From positions 46,272 through 110,271 of the IMG/VR virus record IMGVR_UViG_3300045974_000806: 64,000 nt of DNA; one strand, written 5' to 3'. The position numbers were made by a program, and so were the translations under genes. The first letter of the stretch is position 1; the number at the start of each line of letters is the position of its first letter. Origin of the DNA: a virus. Below, one piece after another: positions 55,984-64,000 of this stretch. The notes beneath the pieces were generated by a model, which searched no databases, was not told the DNA's origin, and saw only the letters and a program-made list of their open reading frames with translations.

Positions 55984-57420
55984 ATGCAGAACGTCAGTTG
56001 GCAGGACTACGCGGGCCTGGACGGCTTTGGCGGCGGGGCATTCGGCCCGGCCGAACTTGAAGCCATCAACAAGGCCCTCACCGTTGGGCAGGACATCAAC
56101 AACCCGGGCGCCGCGCCCGGCCAGGGATTCCCGCTCCGCGTGGAAAGCCTGGAAGCAACGCTGAAGAACCTCACCTTCCAGATGAGCCACATCCGGCTCT
56201 GGAAGGCCATCCCCAAGATTCCCGCCGCCAACACGGTGGAAGAGTTCAACGAGATCAGCAGCTACGGCGTGTCTGATCAGGGGTTCGTGGCAGAAGGCGC
56301 GCTCCCCAATGAGGATGACTCGACCTACGCGCGCCGCTACGCGGTCATCAAGTACCTGGGAACCACGCGGAAAGTCTCACACGTGGCCACCATGGTGCGC
56401 AGCGCCACGGGCAACATCATCGCCAATGAGACGGTGAACGGCACCATGCTGCTGCTCCGCATGGTGGAGTCCGCCCTCTTCTACGGCGACAGCGCCCTGT
56501 CGGACCTGCAATTTGACGGCTTCAGCAAGATGATTGCCAGCCGCTCCCCGGCGTCCAACGTGGTGGACCTCCGCGGCCAGCCCCTGGACGAGGACGTGTT
56601 GCAGGACATCAGCCTCATCCTGTCCGACGCGCCCAACTACGGCGTCCCCACGCACATGCACATGAACCCGCGCGTCAAGGCGGACTTGGTGAAGAGCATC
56701 TTCCCCAAGGGCCGCTATGACGTCTTCAACAAGCCCGATTCAGGCATGATTGGACTTGACTCGAAGGGCTACGTGAGCCCCGCCGGTGACGTTGTGTTTG
56801 AGCCCAACACGTTCATCACCGACGGTGGCAGCCCCACCGCGGCGGCCGTGGGTGATGCGTCCAAGATCCCCGGCTCCCCCACCATCTCCACCGCGGCCAC
56901 CAGCCCCGTGGATGCGCTGTCCAAGTTCGGCGCCGACGACGCGGGCAGCTACTGGTACTACATCGTGGCGCACAATGACTACGGGCACAGCGCGCCCGTG
57001 GCCGTCTCCGGCGCTGCCATCGCCATTGCGGCGGGTGACAAGATGACGTTTGGCGTGACCCCCGCCGCGGCCGGCGTGAAGTGGTTCCAACTGTACCGCA
57101 CCAAGATGGGCGTGGCGGCTCCGGCACTGAGTGACTACCGCTTGATTGCCAAGATCCCCAACGCGGCCGGCGCGGGCGCCACCACGGTGAACGACTACAA
57201 CGGCGTGCTGCCGTTCTGCACGGAAGCGTTCCTCTTCCAGCAGAACGTCCAGGCCCTGTCATTCAAGCAACTCTGCCCCATGATCAAGATCCCGCTGGCG
57301 ACGACGGACGCCAACATCCGCTGGATGCAGTTTTTGTATGGAACTCCGACGCTGTACGCGCCCGGAAAGGTGCTCAAGGTCATCAACATCGGCCGTGCGG
57401 CCGGCAGCATCAGCTACTGA
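55984..57420 (+). CDS. major capsid protein (SPO1/Twort-like)
   Basis: INKALTVG..PLRVESLEATLKNLTF..NTVEEF..FVAEG..FYGD..FDG; RBS AAGGAG. Confidence 0.9.
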   Translation: MQNVSWQDYAGLDGFGGGAFGPAELEAINKALTVGQDINNPGAAPGQGFPLRVESLEATLKNLTFQMSHIRLWKAIPKIPAANTVEEFNEISSYGVSDQGFVAEGALPNEDDSTYARRYAVIKYLGTTRKVSHVATMVRSATGNIIANETVNGTMLLLRMVESALFYGDSALSDLQFDGFSKMIASRSPASNVVDLRGQPLDEDVLQDISLILSDAPNYGVPTHMHMNPRVKADLVKSIFPKGRYDVFNKPDSGMIGLDSKGYVSPAGDVVFEPNTFITDGGSPTAAAVGDASKIPGSPTISTAATSPVDALSKFGADDAGSYWYYIVAHNDYGHSAPVAVSGAAIAIAAGDKMTFGVTPAAAGVKWFQLYRTKMGVAAPALSDYRLIAKIPNAAGAGATTVNDYNGVLPFCTEAFLFQQNVQALSFKQLCPMIKIPLATTDANIRWMQFLYGTPTLYAPGKVLKVINIGRAAGSISY

Positions 57421-57472
57421 CCTGAGCCGTGCTGCCCCGCCTGAAACGGGGTGAAGCCGCAGGGTGGTGGGC

Positions 57473-57519
57473 AAGGGCGGGTCCTCAAGCCTCCGGGCGG
57501 GACCCGCCCTTTGTCTTTT
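57473..57519 (+). terminator. intrinsic terminator after the capsid gene
   Basis: stem AAGGGCGGGTCC/GGACCCGCCCTT followed by TGTCTTTT. Confidence 0.65.
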
Positions 57520-57564
57520 CCGGAACCGCGGCTATGTTCCGGAACCCAACCACCGGAGGCCACC

Positions 57565-58014
57565 ATGAAGTTCCAGTGCCGCATCGAACAACGCACCGCC
57601 ATCCACCTCAACGGACGCCTGCTCCCCCTGGACCAACAGGGATGCCTGGAAACGGAGGACCCGGAGGACATCCGGAAGTTGAAGGGCTCCACGGAGTGGA
57701 CCACCGCCATTGCCCAGCGCGCGCTCCCTCCCAGCACCCAGGCACCGGTGCCGGCCATCAAGGGCGCTGGCCTGTTCCTCGACGCGTACAACGCGGACGG
57801 GGACTTCCGCGGGAAGGTGGACGCCCTCCGGAGCCCCATCACGCGCGCGTCGTTCCTGGCCAGCCACGGATTCAAGTTCACGGAGGAGGAACTGACCGCG
57901 GAGATTGCCAAGCGCGCCCCGCCGGTTCCGGAACCCGACGCGGAGCCGGCCCAGGCCGCCCCGCTCCCCTCCACGGAACCGCCCAGCAAGAAGCGCAAAG
58001 GCATCGCGCGCTGA
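57565..58014 (+). CDS. hypothetical protein
   Basis: RBS GGAGG; ATG at 57565. Confidence 0.65.
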   Translation: MKFQCRIEQRTAIHLNGRLLPLDQQGCLETEDPEDIRKLKGSTEWTTAIAQRALPPSTQAPVPAIKGAGLFLDAYNADGDFRGKVDALRSPITRASFLASHGFKFTEEELTAEIAKRAPPVPEPDAEPAQAAPLPSTEPPSKKRKGIAR

Positions 58015-58076
58015 TAGCCAACCAGTCCCGGGCCTTTGTATGATGCCCGGAACGCAACCCCCTGAGGAGCAGTCCC

Positions 58077-58424
58077 ATGGCAACCCTTTCCAAGATGTCT
58101 TCCACCATCCCCCAGGCCCGTGATCAGGGGATTCCCTTCTTTGCTGGCGCCAATCAGGCCGGCGTCTCCGTCCAGGGCGCCCAGGTCACCCAGGTGGGCG
58201 CCACGCCGTTTGCCACCACGTTTGCGGCCATGGGCCTCAAGGACATGGCGGACACCAGCTACGTGGTCATGATCGGCGGCGACAAGCAGGCCGTGGCCAG
58301 CGTGACCCAGGTCAGCAAGACCACCACGGGCTTCTCCATTGTGGGCGGCGCCGCGGCGGACGTGCATGACGTGATGGTGGTGGGACGCATGGCCGGGCAG
58401 GTCAAGAAGAACGGCACCCGCTGA
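58077..58424 (+). CDS. putative virion or head decoration protein
   Basis: RBS GAGGAG; begins MATLSK; small beta-rich protein. Confidence 0.55.
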   Translation: MATLSKMSSTIPQARDQGIPFFAGANQAGVSVQGAQVTQVGATPFATTFAAMGLKDMADTSYVVMIGGDKQAVASVTQVSKTTTGFSIVGGAAADVHDVMVVGRMAGQVKKNGTR

Positions 58425-58471
58425 AGTTCCGGAAGCACTGGCACTGCAACACCCCCAAGCCTTGAGGTGAT

Positions 58472-58801
58472 GTGATGGCGTTCCAACCACGTGGTGGTTT
58501 CCCGTCCGTGATGCGCGTGAGCGCGCCGGCGCCTGCCATTCCCACCGCCGCAACGGACGCGGAGGTGCTGGCAGCGCACCACCGGTTCCCCCAGCCCACG
58601 GTCCACGTGCGCGTGAAGACGGCCACCGCGGCCGTCAATGTGTTCTTCACGGAGGCGGACTTCCGGAAGGGTGCGAACTTCGCCCAGGTGTCCATCACGG
58701 CCGGGGACGTCCTGTCTGAAGCCATGGAACTGCGGGAAGTGTGGCTGGCCGGCTCCGGCGGGACCGCCGCCGTGGAACTCTTTGCCATCCTGAAGGGGTG
58801 A
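58472..58801 (+). CDS. putative virion protein
   Basis: RBS GAGG; position in structural cluster. Confidence 0.5.
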   Translation: MMAFQPRGGFPSVMRVSAPAPAIPTAATDAEVLAAHHRFPQPTVHVRVKTATAAVNVFFTEADFRKGANFAQVSITAGDVLSEAMELREVWLAGSGGTAAVELFAILKG

Positions 58802-58823
58802 GCGGTGGCCGTCTGAAGCACCT

Positions 58824-59165
58824 GTGCTGTACGCTCTGGACGTGCGTTCCCTCCTCCTACTCCTCGCCGGCCAGACCACCGCCCCGGACATGCTGACGGC
58901 CACGGCCAACGCCCTGGAAAGGGGCGGCCTCTACGCCGTGGTGTCAATCCTGCTGGGCGCGGTGGGCACGCTCTTTTGGCTCAAGGAGAAGGAGCGGGAG
59001 AAGCTGCACGCCGAGTTCCAGACGTTGCAGAACGGCTTCCAAAAGGAACTGCTGCGCCTCATTGAAGCCCAGACGGCAGTCATCACCCGGCAGGCCATCT
59101 TGACGGAGAAGGTGGAATCCTTGCTCATCCGGGTCACCACGCGCCTTGAACGAAAAGAGGACTGA
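58824..59165 (+). CDS. membrane protein with coiled coil (holin-like)
   Basis: TM segment GGLYAVVSILLGAVGTLFWL followed by a coiled coil. Confidence 0.5.
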   Translation: MLYALDVRSLLLLLAGQTTAPDMLTATANALERGGLYAVVSILLGAVGTLFWLKEKEREKLHAEFQTLQNGFQKELLRLIEAQTAVITRQAILTEKVESLLIRVTTRLERKED

Positions 59166-59167
59166 CC

Positions 59168-59575
59168 ATGGCACCCACCACACTCCCCGCGGTTCCCAAC
59201 GCCATCAAGGACCCAAGCAACCTTGGCAACGTGCTGTTGGACATGGGGGTGGTGTCGCGGGACCGGCTGAAAGACGCGGTGCTCCACCAGATGGCCGATT
59301 CCGGAAACACGCACCTGGGGCAGGTGCTGGTGTCCATGGGTGCCATCACGCACGTGGACCTTGAGGCCGCACTCACCATGCAAGAGTGCCTGCGCAAGGG
59401 GGACATCCTGGGCGCGCGGATGGTCATGCTGGACTTCCAGACGCGGCGCATTGACCGGAGCGTGACCCGCTCCACCGCGGTGGTGGAGGCCGGCATGAAC
59501 GCCCTGGACCGCCGCTGTGGCGTCTGTCCCCTGGGCCTTCCGGAATGCCTGGGCTGCCCTGAGCACGCCCGCTAG
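59168..59575 (+). CDS. MshEN-like domain protein
   Basis: two tandem LGxxLL/VxxGxV/IxxxxLxxAxxxQ motifs. Confidence 0.7.
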   Translation: MAPTTLPAVPNAIKDPSNLGNVLLDMGVVSRDRLKDAVLHQMADSGNTHLGQVLVSMGAITHVDLEAALTMQECLRKGDILGARMVMLDFQTRRIDRSVTRSTAVVEAGMNALDRRCGVCPLGLPECLGCPEHAR

Positions 59576-59644
59576 CAGGCCAGCGCGGACGCGTGGTACG
59601 TTTCTGGCCCAGGCAGCAACACCCCCTTTTGCGGAGGAAAGACC

Positions 59645-60214
59645 ATGGACAAGGCTTCTGTTGGAGACGCATGCAACGCCGGAATCATCACCCGCCCGAC
59701 CATGGATGAGATCCTGAAGGTCAGTGGCTACTTCGAGTTCCAGTGCTTTGGCCCGGACGGCAAGCTGAAGTGGGAAGACGACATCCGGAACGTCGTCACC
59801 ACGCTGGGCAAGAACGATATTTTGGACAAGTATTTGGGCATCACGTCCGTGGCCGGCATCTTCATGGGGCTCATCTCCAACACGTCCTACGCCGCCGGCG
59901 TGCTGGCCGCGGACACCATGGCCAGCCACACCGGGTGGACGGAAGCAGCCACCAACCAGCCCACCTACTCACAGGCCACGCGCCCGGCCGTCACGTTTGG
60001 CGCCGCGGCCCTGGGCGTGAAGCTGTCCAACACGGTGGTGTTCAGCATCACCGCCGGCTCCGCCAGCATCTGCAAGGGGTCCTTCATCACCACGGACTCC
60101 GCCAAGGCCGGCACCGCCGGCCTGCTGGTTGCCGGTGGCACGTTCACCGCGGGTGACAAGACCGTCTCCAACGGTGACACGCTGAACGGCACGTACCAGT
60201 TGACGCTCACCTGA
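59645..60214 (+). CDS. virion structural (tail-associated) protein
   Basis: GYFEFQC..DGKLKWED..NVVTTLGKN..HTGWTE..F.AGDKTV..GDTL pattern; RBS GGAGG. Confidence 0.65.
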   Translation: MDKASVGDACNAGIITRPTMDEILKVSGYFEFQCFGPDGKLKWEDDIRNVVTTLGKNDILDKYLGITSVAGIFMGLISNTSYAAGVLAADTMASHTGWTEAATNQPTYSQATRPAVTFGAAALGVKLSNTVVFSITAGSASICKGSFITTDSAKAGTAGLLVAGGTFTAGDKTVSNGDTLNGTYQLTLT

Positions 60215-60224
60215 GAGGTGGCGG

Positions 60225-61445
60225 GTGGCTTACGTCCTCGCAGACCGCATCAAGGAAACGTCCACCACGACTGGCACCGGCGCGTATGCCCTCGCCGGTG
60301 CCGTGGCGAACTTCCGCGCCTTTTCGGCAAAGTGCGCGAACGGGGACACGGTTCCGTACTTTGCGGTGGACGACACGTTGGGAAGCTGGGAGTGCGGGAT
60401 CGGGACATGGAACACCGGCAACACCCTGTCCCGCACCCTGGTAGTCGATAGCGCAACCGGGTCCGCCATAAGCTGGGCGGCGGGAACGCGCACCATCTTC
60501 CTGGCCCCCCTCGCATCCAAGAACATGAATCAGGACGCGACGGGCTACGTCTTCACGCCCTATCTGGCGGCGGGGACGGACAATCCCTCCGTCATCCCGC
60601 CGGGAACCATCGCTCAATTCGCCCGCGACCTGTCGGGGCGCACCCTTCCCGCGTGGGTTCCCGAGCACCTTGGCTCTGTAACGCCCACGGGCCGCATCCA
60701 GTCCCCCCAGCCCAACCTGTGGAGCAACAACTACCTGCTATACCGGCCCGCCGGAGGCACCATCGGGACGGGTTCCGGCGCGGGACTCGGACGCGCATGG
60801 ACGTCAGGCGGGACAGTCACGCACCCTACGCCCTCCAACGGCAACGTGTGGCTGACTACTGCAAGAACGCGCTTTGCCAACATCGTCACAACGACGAACC
60901 AGACACTGGGCATCCGCATGAACACGGCGGCGGACCAGATGTTCCAACTGGGGAGCGCGTCCAACCTGGGGGGGTTCTTCTTCTTCTGCCGCTTCGGGAT
61001 CGGCCTCATCCCTGCCGCCACGGTGCGCCTGTTCGTGGGTTTGACAGCGACAGCCACGGGCAGCGTGGTGAGCAGTGACACCGTGCTGGCTAACACCGTG
61101 GGTCTTTGGCACGCCACCACTGACGGGATCACGGTCCTGTCCATGGTGCAGAAAAACGCGACGACGCAGACGATCACTGCCATCCCTGGCGTGGGCACCC
61201 TGGCCGCCAACTCGGCGTTCGACTTCTATATGTACGCGCAGCCTGGGCAGTCCTCGCTGTTCTACCGTCTGGACGACATCAACGCAGGGACCACCATCGT
61301 GGACTCCGCCCTGGGAGGGACCAACCTCCCCGTCCTGACAACCTTCATGCAGCCGCAGGCCATGATGAGTAATGGGACCGCCAATATCACGGTGACCACA
61401 ACGGCTTTTGAACTCATGTCCCTCTACGTGGAAAGTGATTGGTGA
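60225..61445 (+). CDS. tail fibre or structural protein
   Basis: N-terminal ADRIKETSTTTGTG..WECGIGT..TLSRT is a common phage tail-protein module; Thr/Gly-rich. Confidence 0.7.
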   Translation: MAYVLADRIKETSTTTGTGAYALAGAVANFRAFSAKCANGDTVPYFAVDDTLGSWECGIGTWNTGNTLSRTLVVDSATGSAISWAAGTRTIFLAPLASKNMNQDATGYVFTPYLAAGTDNPSVIPPGTIAQFARDLSGRTLPAWVPEHLGSVTPTGRIQSPQPNLWSNNYLLYRPAGGTIGTGSGAGLGRAWTSGGTVTHPTPSNGNVWLTTARTRFANIVTTTNQTLGIRMNTAADQMFQLGSASNLGGFFFFCRFGIGLIPAATVRLFVGLTATATGSVVSSDTVLANTVGLWHATTDGITVLSMVQKNATTQTITAIPGVGTLAANSAFDFYMYAQPGQSSLFYRLDDINAGTTIVDSALGGTNLPVLTTFMQPQAMMSNGTANITVTTTAFELMSLYVESDW

Positions 61446-61448
61446 GCC

Positions 61449-61721
61449 ATGGCGCTCCAACGCACCTTGACGTCAGCAAGCGGCATTGACCTCCCGGCCA
61501 GCTACCACCGCATCCTCTCGTTTTCGGGGACTGCTGACGTGGGGGTTGACGTCGTGGTGGGCGTCTACAAAGACTTTCCGGCGCGTCAGGCGGGCTTGGC
61601 TCCCGTCTACACGGAGAAGCACACGGTGCCCTACGACACGCAGGCCACCGGCACCATCGTGGGGAACCTGTACGTGGCGCTGCGGGAGCTTCCAGAATAC
61701 GCGGACGCCACCGACGCGTAA
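61449..61721 (+). CDS. small tail-associated protein
   Basis: follows fibre-like gene; ends LYVALRELPEYADATDA. Confidence 0.55.
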   Translation: MALQRTLTSASGIDLPASYHRILSFSGTADVGVDVVVGVYKDFPARQAGLAPVYTEKHTVPYDTQATGTIVGNLYVALRELPEYADATDA

Positions 61722-61731
61722 GAGGTGAGCG

Positions 61732-64000
61732 GTGTTTGGGTTCGGCGCATTCGGGCAGCTTGCGTTCGGTGAGCTTCCGGCTGCTGCCGGGCCTGCGACC
61801 TATTCCGTCTCCGTCCAAGACTCCCTGGCCACCAGCGATGCCCTGGACGGGGCGGCTGTCATTCCCGCGCCGCGCGCGGACAGTGCGGCAACGTCGGAAG
61901 TCCTGGGCGGCGGCCTGTCCGTCGCCGCGGCTACTACGGACAGCTTGGCCACGGGGGACACGCCTGCCGCGCTGCTGACGGCAGGCGGCGCGCGTGCTGA
62001 CTCCGCGGCAACGGGTGAAGTCTACGGGGTCCTGCTCACCGCCGGCGGGGCGTTGACGGACTCCCTGGCCACCGGGGAGGCCATCACCGGTGCGGCCGTC
62101 ACCGCCGGCGCCACGGTGGACAGCCTTGCCACCAGTGATGCCCTTGGCGGCGCCGCGGTCACCTCCGCAACGCGTGCGGACTCCCTGGCCACGGGTGAGG
62201 TGCTTGGGGCGCTGCTCACCGCGGCCGGCGCCACGCAGGACAGCGCGTCCACCAGTGATGCCCTTGGCGGCGCCGCGGTCACCACCGGCCCCACCACGGA
62301 CAGCCTGACCTCGGGTGACACCCCTGCCGCATCCATCGCGGCGGCTGGCGCACGTGCGGACTCCCTGACCACCGCGGAAGACTACGGGGTCACCACCGTG
62401 GGCGGTGCCCCGTCCTCCACCACGGACTCCCTGGCGACAGGTGACACGCCGGCGGCGTCCATCCTGGCGGCCGGTTCCGGAACTGATTCGATCACCACGG
62501 GGGACACGCCCGCGGCCACCATTGTGGCAGCCGGGGCCACCACGGACAGCCTGACCACCGGTGACACCCCCGCGGCCCTGCTGACGGCCGGCGGAGCGGC
62601 CCAGGACAGCCTGACCACCGGGGATGCGGCCACCGCCACCCTGGTAGCGGCCGGCGTGGCCCAGGACAGCCTGGGAACCACGGACGTCCAGGGCGGTGTG
62701 GTTGTCACGGCGGCCCAGGAAGCGGACTCCCTGGCGACCACGGACTCCCTGGGCGGCGCTGTGACGGCCCCAGGGGCCACTGCGGACTCCCTGACCACCG
62801 GTGACGTGGAAGCCGCGGTGCTCACCGCCGCGGGCGCGGCAGCGGACTCCCTGGCCACCACGGAAGCGCGGGGCAGCATCCTTGTGGCTGGCGGGTCCGC
62901 GCAGGACAGCGCCACCACGGGGGATGTCTACGGGGTCCTGCTGACGGCCGGCGGAGCGGCCCAGGACAGCCTGGGGGCGTCCGACGCGTTTGGGGGCGTG
63001 GTTGTCACGGCCGCCCAGGTTGCGGACAGCCTGACCACCACCAGCGCCCAGGATGCCACGGTGACCGTGGCGGGCATGAGCGCCACCGCGGACTCCCTGA
63101 CCACTGGGGACGTCTACGGGGCTGCGGTTGTCACGGCCGCGTCCGCCACGGACTCCCTGGCCACGGCCGAGTCCATTGGAGGGGCGGTTGTCACCGCGGC
63201 CACGCGGGCGGACAGCGCCACCACCGGTGACGCCACCACCGGGACCATTCTGGCTGGCGGCGCGCGGGCGGACAGCCTGACCACGGGGGACACGCCCGCG
63301 GCCGTCCTGACCGCGGCCGGTTCCGGAACTGACAGCCTGACCGCCGGCGATGCAGCCGGCGGAGCCGTGGTCACCACCGCCGCCCGGGCGGACTCTGCGG
63401 TCACGGGTGATGCCACCACCGGTGTGACGTCCGCGGCGGGGGACCGCACGGACTCCGCGGTCCTGGGCGATTCCGGAACCGCTGCTGTTGTGGCCGCCGG
63501 TTCCGGAACTGACAGCCTGACCGCCGGCGATGCAGCCGGTGGTGCGGCGGTGATGTCCGCGCCTGCTGGGGACTCCCTGACCTTGGGGGATGCCACCACC
63601 GTGGTGCTGGCCGCGGCGGGCGCTGGGGCAGACTCCCTGACCACCACGGACGCGTTTGTGGCGGACGTGGTGGAGGCCACGCAGTCCGTCACGGACAGCC
63701 TGACCTGCACGGACGGCTTTGACGCCTACGTGGTGACCGCGGCCCAGGTGGCGGACAGCCTGACCGTCACGGACGCCCGCACCTGGGTGAGTGGGACCGA
63801 GGACGTTGCGGACACCATGTCCGTCACGGATGGGACAGACGCCACCGTGTCCTACGCGGTGGCCACCGCGGACTCCCTGGCGGTGGGGGACCTGACCTGG
63901 GAAGCTGGTGCCATCACGTGGTGTGCCGTGGCCATGCCGGTGAGCCACCGCCCCACGGCCCCTCCCCAGCGCGTGAGCCACGCCCCCGACCCGCCCCCCC
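61732..64000 (+). CDS. long Ala/Thr/Gly-rich repeat protein (3' truncated; absent from the ORF track)
   Basis: GTG at 61732 after GAGG; reads MFGFGAFGQLAFGELP..; frame stays open to the window end. Confidence 0.8.
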   Translation, partial: MFGFGAFGQLAFGELPAAAGPATYSVSVQDSLATSDALDGAAVIPAPRADSAATSEVLGGGLSVAAATTDSLATGDTPAALLTAGGARADSAATGEVYGVLLTAGGALTDSLATGEAITGAAVTAGATVDSLATSDALGGAAVTSATRADSLATGEVLGALLTAAGATQDSASTSDALGGAAVTTGPTTDSLTSGDTPAASIAAAGARADSLTTAEDYGVTTVGGAPSSTTDSLATGDTPAASILAAGSGTDSITTGDTPAATIVAAGATTDSLTTGDTPAALLTAGGAAQDSLTTGDAATATLVAAGVAQDSLGTTDVQGGVVVTAAQEADSLATTDSLGGAVTAPGATADSLTTGDVEAAVLTAAGAAADSLATTEARGSILVAGGSAQDSATTGDVYGVLLTAGGAAQDSLGASDAFGGVVVTAAQVADSLTTTSAQDATVTVAGMSATADSLTTGDVYGAAVVTAASATDSLATAESIGGAVVTAATRADSATTGDATTGTILAGGARADSLTTGDTPAAVLTAAGSGTDSLTAGDAAGGAVVTTAARADSAVTGDATTGVTSAAGDRTDSAVLGDSGTAAVVAAGSGTDSLTAGDAAGGAAVMSAPAGDSLTLGDATTVVLAAAGAGADSLTTTDAFVADVVEATQSVTDSLTCTDGFDAYVVTAAQVADSLTVTDARTWVSGTEDVADTMSVTDGTDATVSYAVATADSLAVGDLTWEAGAITWCAVAMPVSHRPTAPPQRVSHAPDPPP
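61819..63890 (+). repeat. about 35 degenerate 60-nt (20-aa) tandem repeats with core DS[LA][AT]T[GS][DE]
   Basis: GACTCCCTG/GACAGCCTG recurs once per 60-nt line. Confidence 0.85.

Noticed and set aside
61819-63890. 60-nt periodicity as a CRISPR array
   Set aside because: Repeats are degenerate, vary at third codon positions and keep one frame; no invariant repeat with unique spacers and no cas genes.
61414-63981. 855-aa minus-strand ORF over the repeat region
   Set aside because: Antisense shadow of the plus-strand repeat gene starting at 61732.
1-64000. tRNA/rRNA genes, integrase or att sites, diversity-generating retroelement
   Set aside because: No cloverleaf, recombinase, reverse transcriptase or template/variable repeat pair recognised by eye; tRNAscan and a self-alignment would be needed to exclude them.

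Overview
This window is part of a large, GC-rich (about 68% by eye) tailed dsDNA phage genome. Essentially every credible gene is on the + strand. From 1 to 26 kb it holds recombination, replication and nucleotide-metabolism genes (SbcC/gp46-like ATPase end, HNH endonuclease, RuvC, beta-clamp-like protein, CHAP-like hydrolase, dATP/dGTP diphosphohydrolase, DNA methyltransferase, DnaJ, dCTP deaminase, deoxynucleoside kinase) plus many small accessory ORFs behind a conserved promoter. From 26 to 64 kb it holds the head and virion module: terminase large subunit, portal, prohead protease-scaffold, an SPO1/Twort-type major capsid protein, tail-like proteins, an inserted SNF2 helicase, and four very large modular proteins (1249, 816, 1920 and 3021 aa). 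Main observations: (1) these large proteins are divided by eight copies of a shared K-[AGS]-GPFIGPxGG[KL]WADxxH tag and by many candidate prohead-protease sites, which suggests capsid-loaded effector polyproteins; (2) the palindrome TTCCGGAA occurs roughly 85-90 times; (3) an intein in the gpF-like protein carries its endonuclease gene on the opposite strand with its own promoter and RBS. No tRNA, rRNA or CRISPR array was seen. All assignments come from motif recognition by eye, not from database searches.
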